Below are positions 61,518-64,000 of a stretch of 64,000 nt of DNA, one piece after another. The stretch covers positions 96,001 to 160,000 of the IMG/VR virus record IMGVR_UViG_3300045988_160394. The stretch is one strand, 5' to 3'. The DNA comes from a virus. Numbering within the stretch: position 1 is the stretch's first letter; each line of letters opens with the position of its first letter. The position numbers and the translations under genes are program-made. A model generated the notes under the pieces. It was not told the origin of the DNA and did no database searches. It saw only the letters and a list, made by a program, of their open reading frames with translations.

Positions 61518-64000
61518 TATTTTTCACCGCCTTATTTTTTAATAAAGTTATTTCATCTTTTAATTTAATTATTTCTTTATGAGCTTCTTTTAATCCTTGC
61601 CATAATACAGCTGTTACAGCAACAGGATCTATTGTTTTTAAATCATGTAGATCATTACCGTTTTTATCTTTAGGGAATATTATATCTCCACTTTCTATTT
61701 CTTTATCAGTAAATTTCATAGTATTAACTGTTAAAGGGAATTGTGCTTCTAAGTCTTGAGCAAAGAAACCAAATATAGGAGTTTGTGAAGTATCTTGTGC
61801 ATAGCAGTATATCTTTGGTTTAATAGTATCTATTTTTTCTAATATTGTTCTTTCATCTGGATCGTCACTTAATTTAGAAAATTGAGTTAATTCAATTTTA
61901 GTTCTTTCGTCAGATTGTTGACGATATACTTTAGCATAAATATCTACATATTGTCCTTCTATATTTGCAAAATGTCATCCATAGTTACCTGAACGTCCTT
62001 CACAATATAAATCGGGCTGAGAACTACATCATGATACTAATTTTGCATCTAATTTTACATCTCCTGTAGCATGCATAGCACCTGTTTGGAATGTATTTAC
62101 GTTTTCTAATATTAATTGCTTACCATCTTGTTTGTAATACATTCTTCCATTTTCTCCACCACCATATCAGTCATGGATTCTAAGATATTTTCATGCAATT
62201 AAATCTCCTCATGCTTCTATATTATTTTGTGCAATAAAGTGTCCAGAAGCTTTTAATTTAGTATCTTCAAATACATCTAATCTATAATGGAAGTCTTTTG
62301 CCGAATCCTCATTATAATGGAAGTCTATAAATCTACCTATTTCCATTACACCATCATTACCTATTATAGGAATAGTGTTTCTATTTTTTCCATTAGAAGC
62401 TCCTACTCAGTTACCATTTATATTTTTAGTATAAGTTGAATTAAATGGTCATTCTGAAGTTCCTAAAGAACTAGCCCCTCCACCAGAGAATGGTATTAAC
62501 CCTAGTTTAGTAGTTCTAATTCATTCATTGTTAGAATTATTTCTACCTCTCATACCATAGTAATCACCTTCATCTGTTCCATAATAACAACCCATTGCAC
62601 CTATATCTCCTATAGATATGTTATTTATTTTAGAACAAGACACTTGTCTTCCTCCTGGAGGATTCTGCTGTAACTTTTGATTACTAAACATTGTTACATC
62701 ACCAGAACTCATTATTAAGCTAAAAGATATAAAAGTGTAACTTTGATCACATTTTACTCATAACTCATAATCTGTTAATTTATTAGTTTTTGTTATTTCT
62801 ATTAATTTAAAGTTGTTTTCGTTTATAGTTAAATAATCAGATAAAAATAAACTACAAGCTGTTTCTTGCCCCATAGCTGCTTGTTGTTTTACTCTAGCAG
62901 TTATTTCTCCTTTGATTGGAGTAGTTCTACCAGAACCATGATCAAGCACTTTTATAATAGCTTGAGCATCATCATATTGATAATGTATTTTAAAACTAGC
63001 TACTCTACTTCACCATCCAACTTTATCTCCGTTTGTTCCTTCTGTTTCGTATCCTCTATTTGAAAAGCTATTAGCACGAGCAGTTCCATTAACTAATAAA
63101 GGATATTTTTCTTCAGCTTTTGCTCCACCTACTCCTAATCCATACTTATTAATAAATGCTACAGAGTTTACAGCTGGAATACTTGTAGAATAAGAATGTG
63201 TTCCTGATAATCCTAAACCATCTAAAAAGCTTACATGGAAACCATGTGCATACTCACCAAATAAAGATATGTTTAATGTTTGTATATCTTGTGTGTTTTT
63301 TAATTCTCCTCTAATCTCTTGACCTTTTTCGCCAACACAATTCCATTGTCCTTGAATCTCAACTCCAGGTATAGATGTATTAGCTTTTACTGATAACTGT
63401 ATTTTTGCATCAGCTGATGTTCTTGTCATAGAGTTTATTGATAATGTTGGAGGATTATAATAATGTATATCTACTGCTCCTGAATCTAAAAAGTTATCTG
63501 TACCATAATCAGAAACTACATGAACTCCAAAAGCTAATGTGTGTTTACTATTTTGTTTTGGTAATGTTACAGAATAATTTTTTGTTGAGCTATTAACTTC
63601 AGTTATATAAGAAGCATGTCCATCAATTATTTGATGTAATGTATATTTAAATCCTCCTCCTAATGGATCTCCTCCACCTTCCCATGAGAAAGTAATAGTA
63701 TCACTACCATTAGGAACATAATATTTTTGCCCATTGTGACAAGTTTTTAAAGCTGTTCCTCCTGATATCCATACTCTGCTTGGAGGATTTGGAGTTGCTC
63801 TAATATCTACTCATACTGTTCTACTACTAAATTTAGAACTTCCATTATTATTTTTAGTAGCTAATCCAATATGGAGATTACCTTTATAAGAATTTCCTGA
63901 AAAAGCTTTCTTCAAATCATCAAATTTTATATAAGGACCAGAAGGTGTACTTCCTCCTTTTCATATTGTTATAGTATCTGAAGTTCCAGTAACGTCTCTT
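61504..64000 (-). CDS. large tail-fibre protein, 5' end outside the window, at least 12 in-frame TGAs, C-terminal intramolecular-chaperone-like tail
   Basis: ORF-track fragments 63010.., 62758.., 62521.. and 61504.. are all in one frame. Every line from 61681 to 64000 was checked and is free of in-frame TAA/TAG. The C-terminus DPVAVTAVLWQGLKEAHKEIIKLKDEITLLKNK resembles the end of S74-type chaperone domains. Confidence 0.65.

Noticed and set aside
5715-64000. Alternative explanations for the in-frame TGAs: pseudogenes, sequencing errors, programmed frameshifts, selenocysteine, or TGA = Gly (table 25).
   Set aside because: All interruptions are TGA and never TAA or TAG, and the frame never changes. 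About 50 sites with no SECIS-like context exclude selenocysteine. The TGA/TGG equivalence in the duplicated fibre module and the placement at conserved Trp positions (SNF2 QW, FN3 core) favour Trp over Gly.
1-64000. Lysogeny or mobile-element signatures (integrase, repressor/Cro switch, att sites, transposases) and capsid or terminase genes.
   Set aside because: No ORF translation in this window showed any of them. Their absence cannot establish lifestyle, because the phage genome clearly extends beyond both window edges.

Overview
This is an AT-rich 64-kb fragment of a large tailed bacteriophage or prophage genome. I saw no rRNA, CRISPR array, transposase or integrase. Left arm (1-31 kb, + strand): a replication and nucleotide-metabolism module. 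It holds an AAA+ ATPase/DUF1257-like/DUF2997-like triad, UvrD-like and SNF2-like helicases, a Gam-like protein, a DnaG-type primase, a Sir2-like protein, HU, anaerobic RNR NrdD/NrdG, dUTPase, a holin, a DnaE-type polymerase, a methyltransferase-like + SF2 helicase pair, and a 1384-aa four-domain peptidoglycan hydrolase. Centre (31.0-32.5 kb): about 1.35 kb with no credible ORF, visibly richer in G+C and dense in hairpins. It ends in a tRNA-like acceptor/T-arm element and a bidirectional terminator, and is a candidate large structured ncRNA. Right arm (32.5-64 kb, - strand): a second DnaE-type polymerase, a collagen-like fibre, an Amidase_3-SH3 endolysin, RecJ, a sigma-70-family factor, a BI-1/YccA-like membrane protein, nucleases, a DnaB-like helicase and an AEP primase. 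A long baseplate/tail-fibre module then runs off the window edge. Key observation: the window only decodes coherently if TGA = Trp (translation table 4). About 50 in-frame TGAs join adjacent same-frame ORF-track fragments and fall on conserved Trp positions. They are concentrated in the sigma factor, lysis and virion genes, while core replication genes use only TGG. Second observation: four leftward transcription units each begin with a terminator followed by a 19-bp palindrome (TATACGTAT-N-ATACGTATA); in three of them it fills the 17-nt spacer of a near-consensus TTGACA/TATAAT promoter, and the fourth copy has degenerate -35/-10 boxes. All family names come from motif recognition by eye, because no database search was possible.
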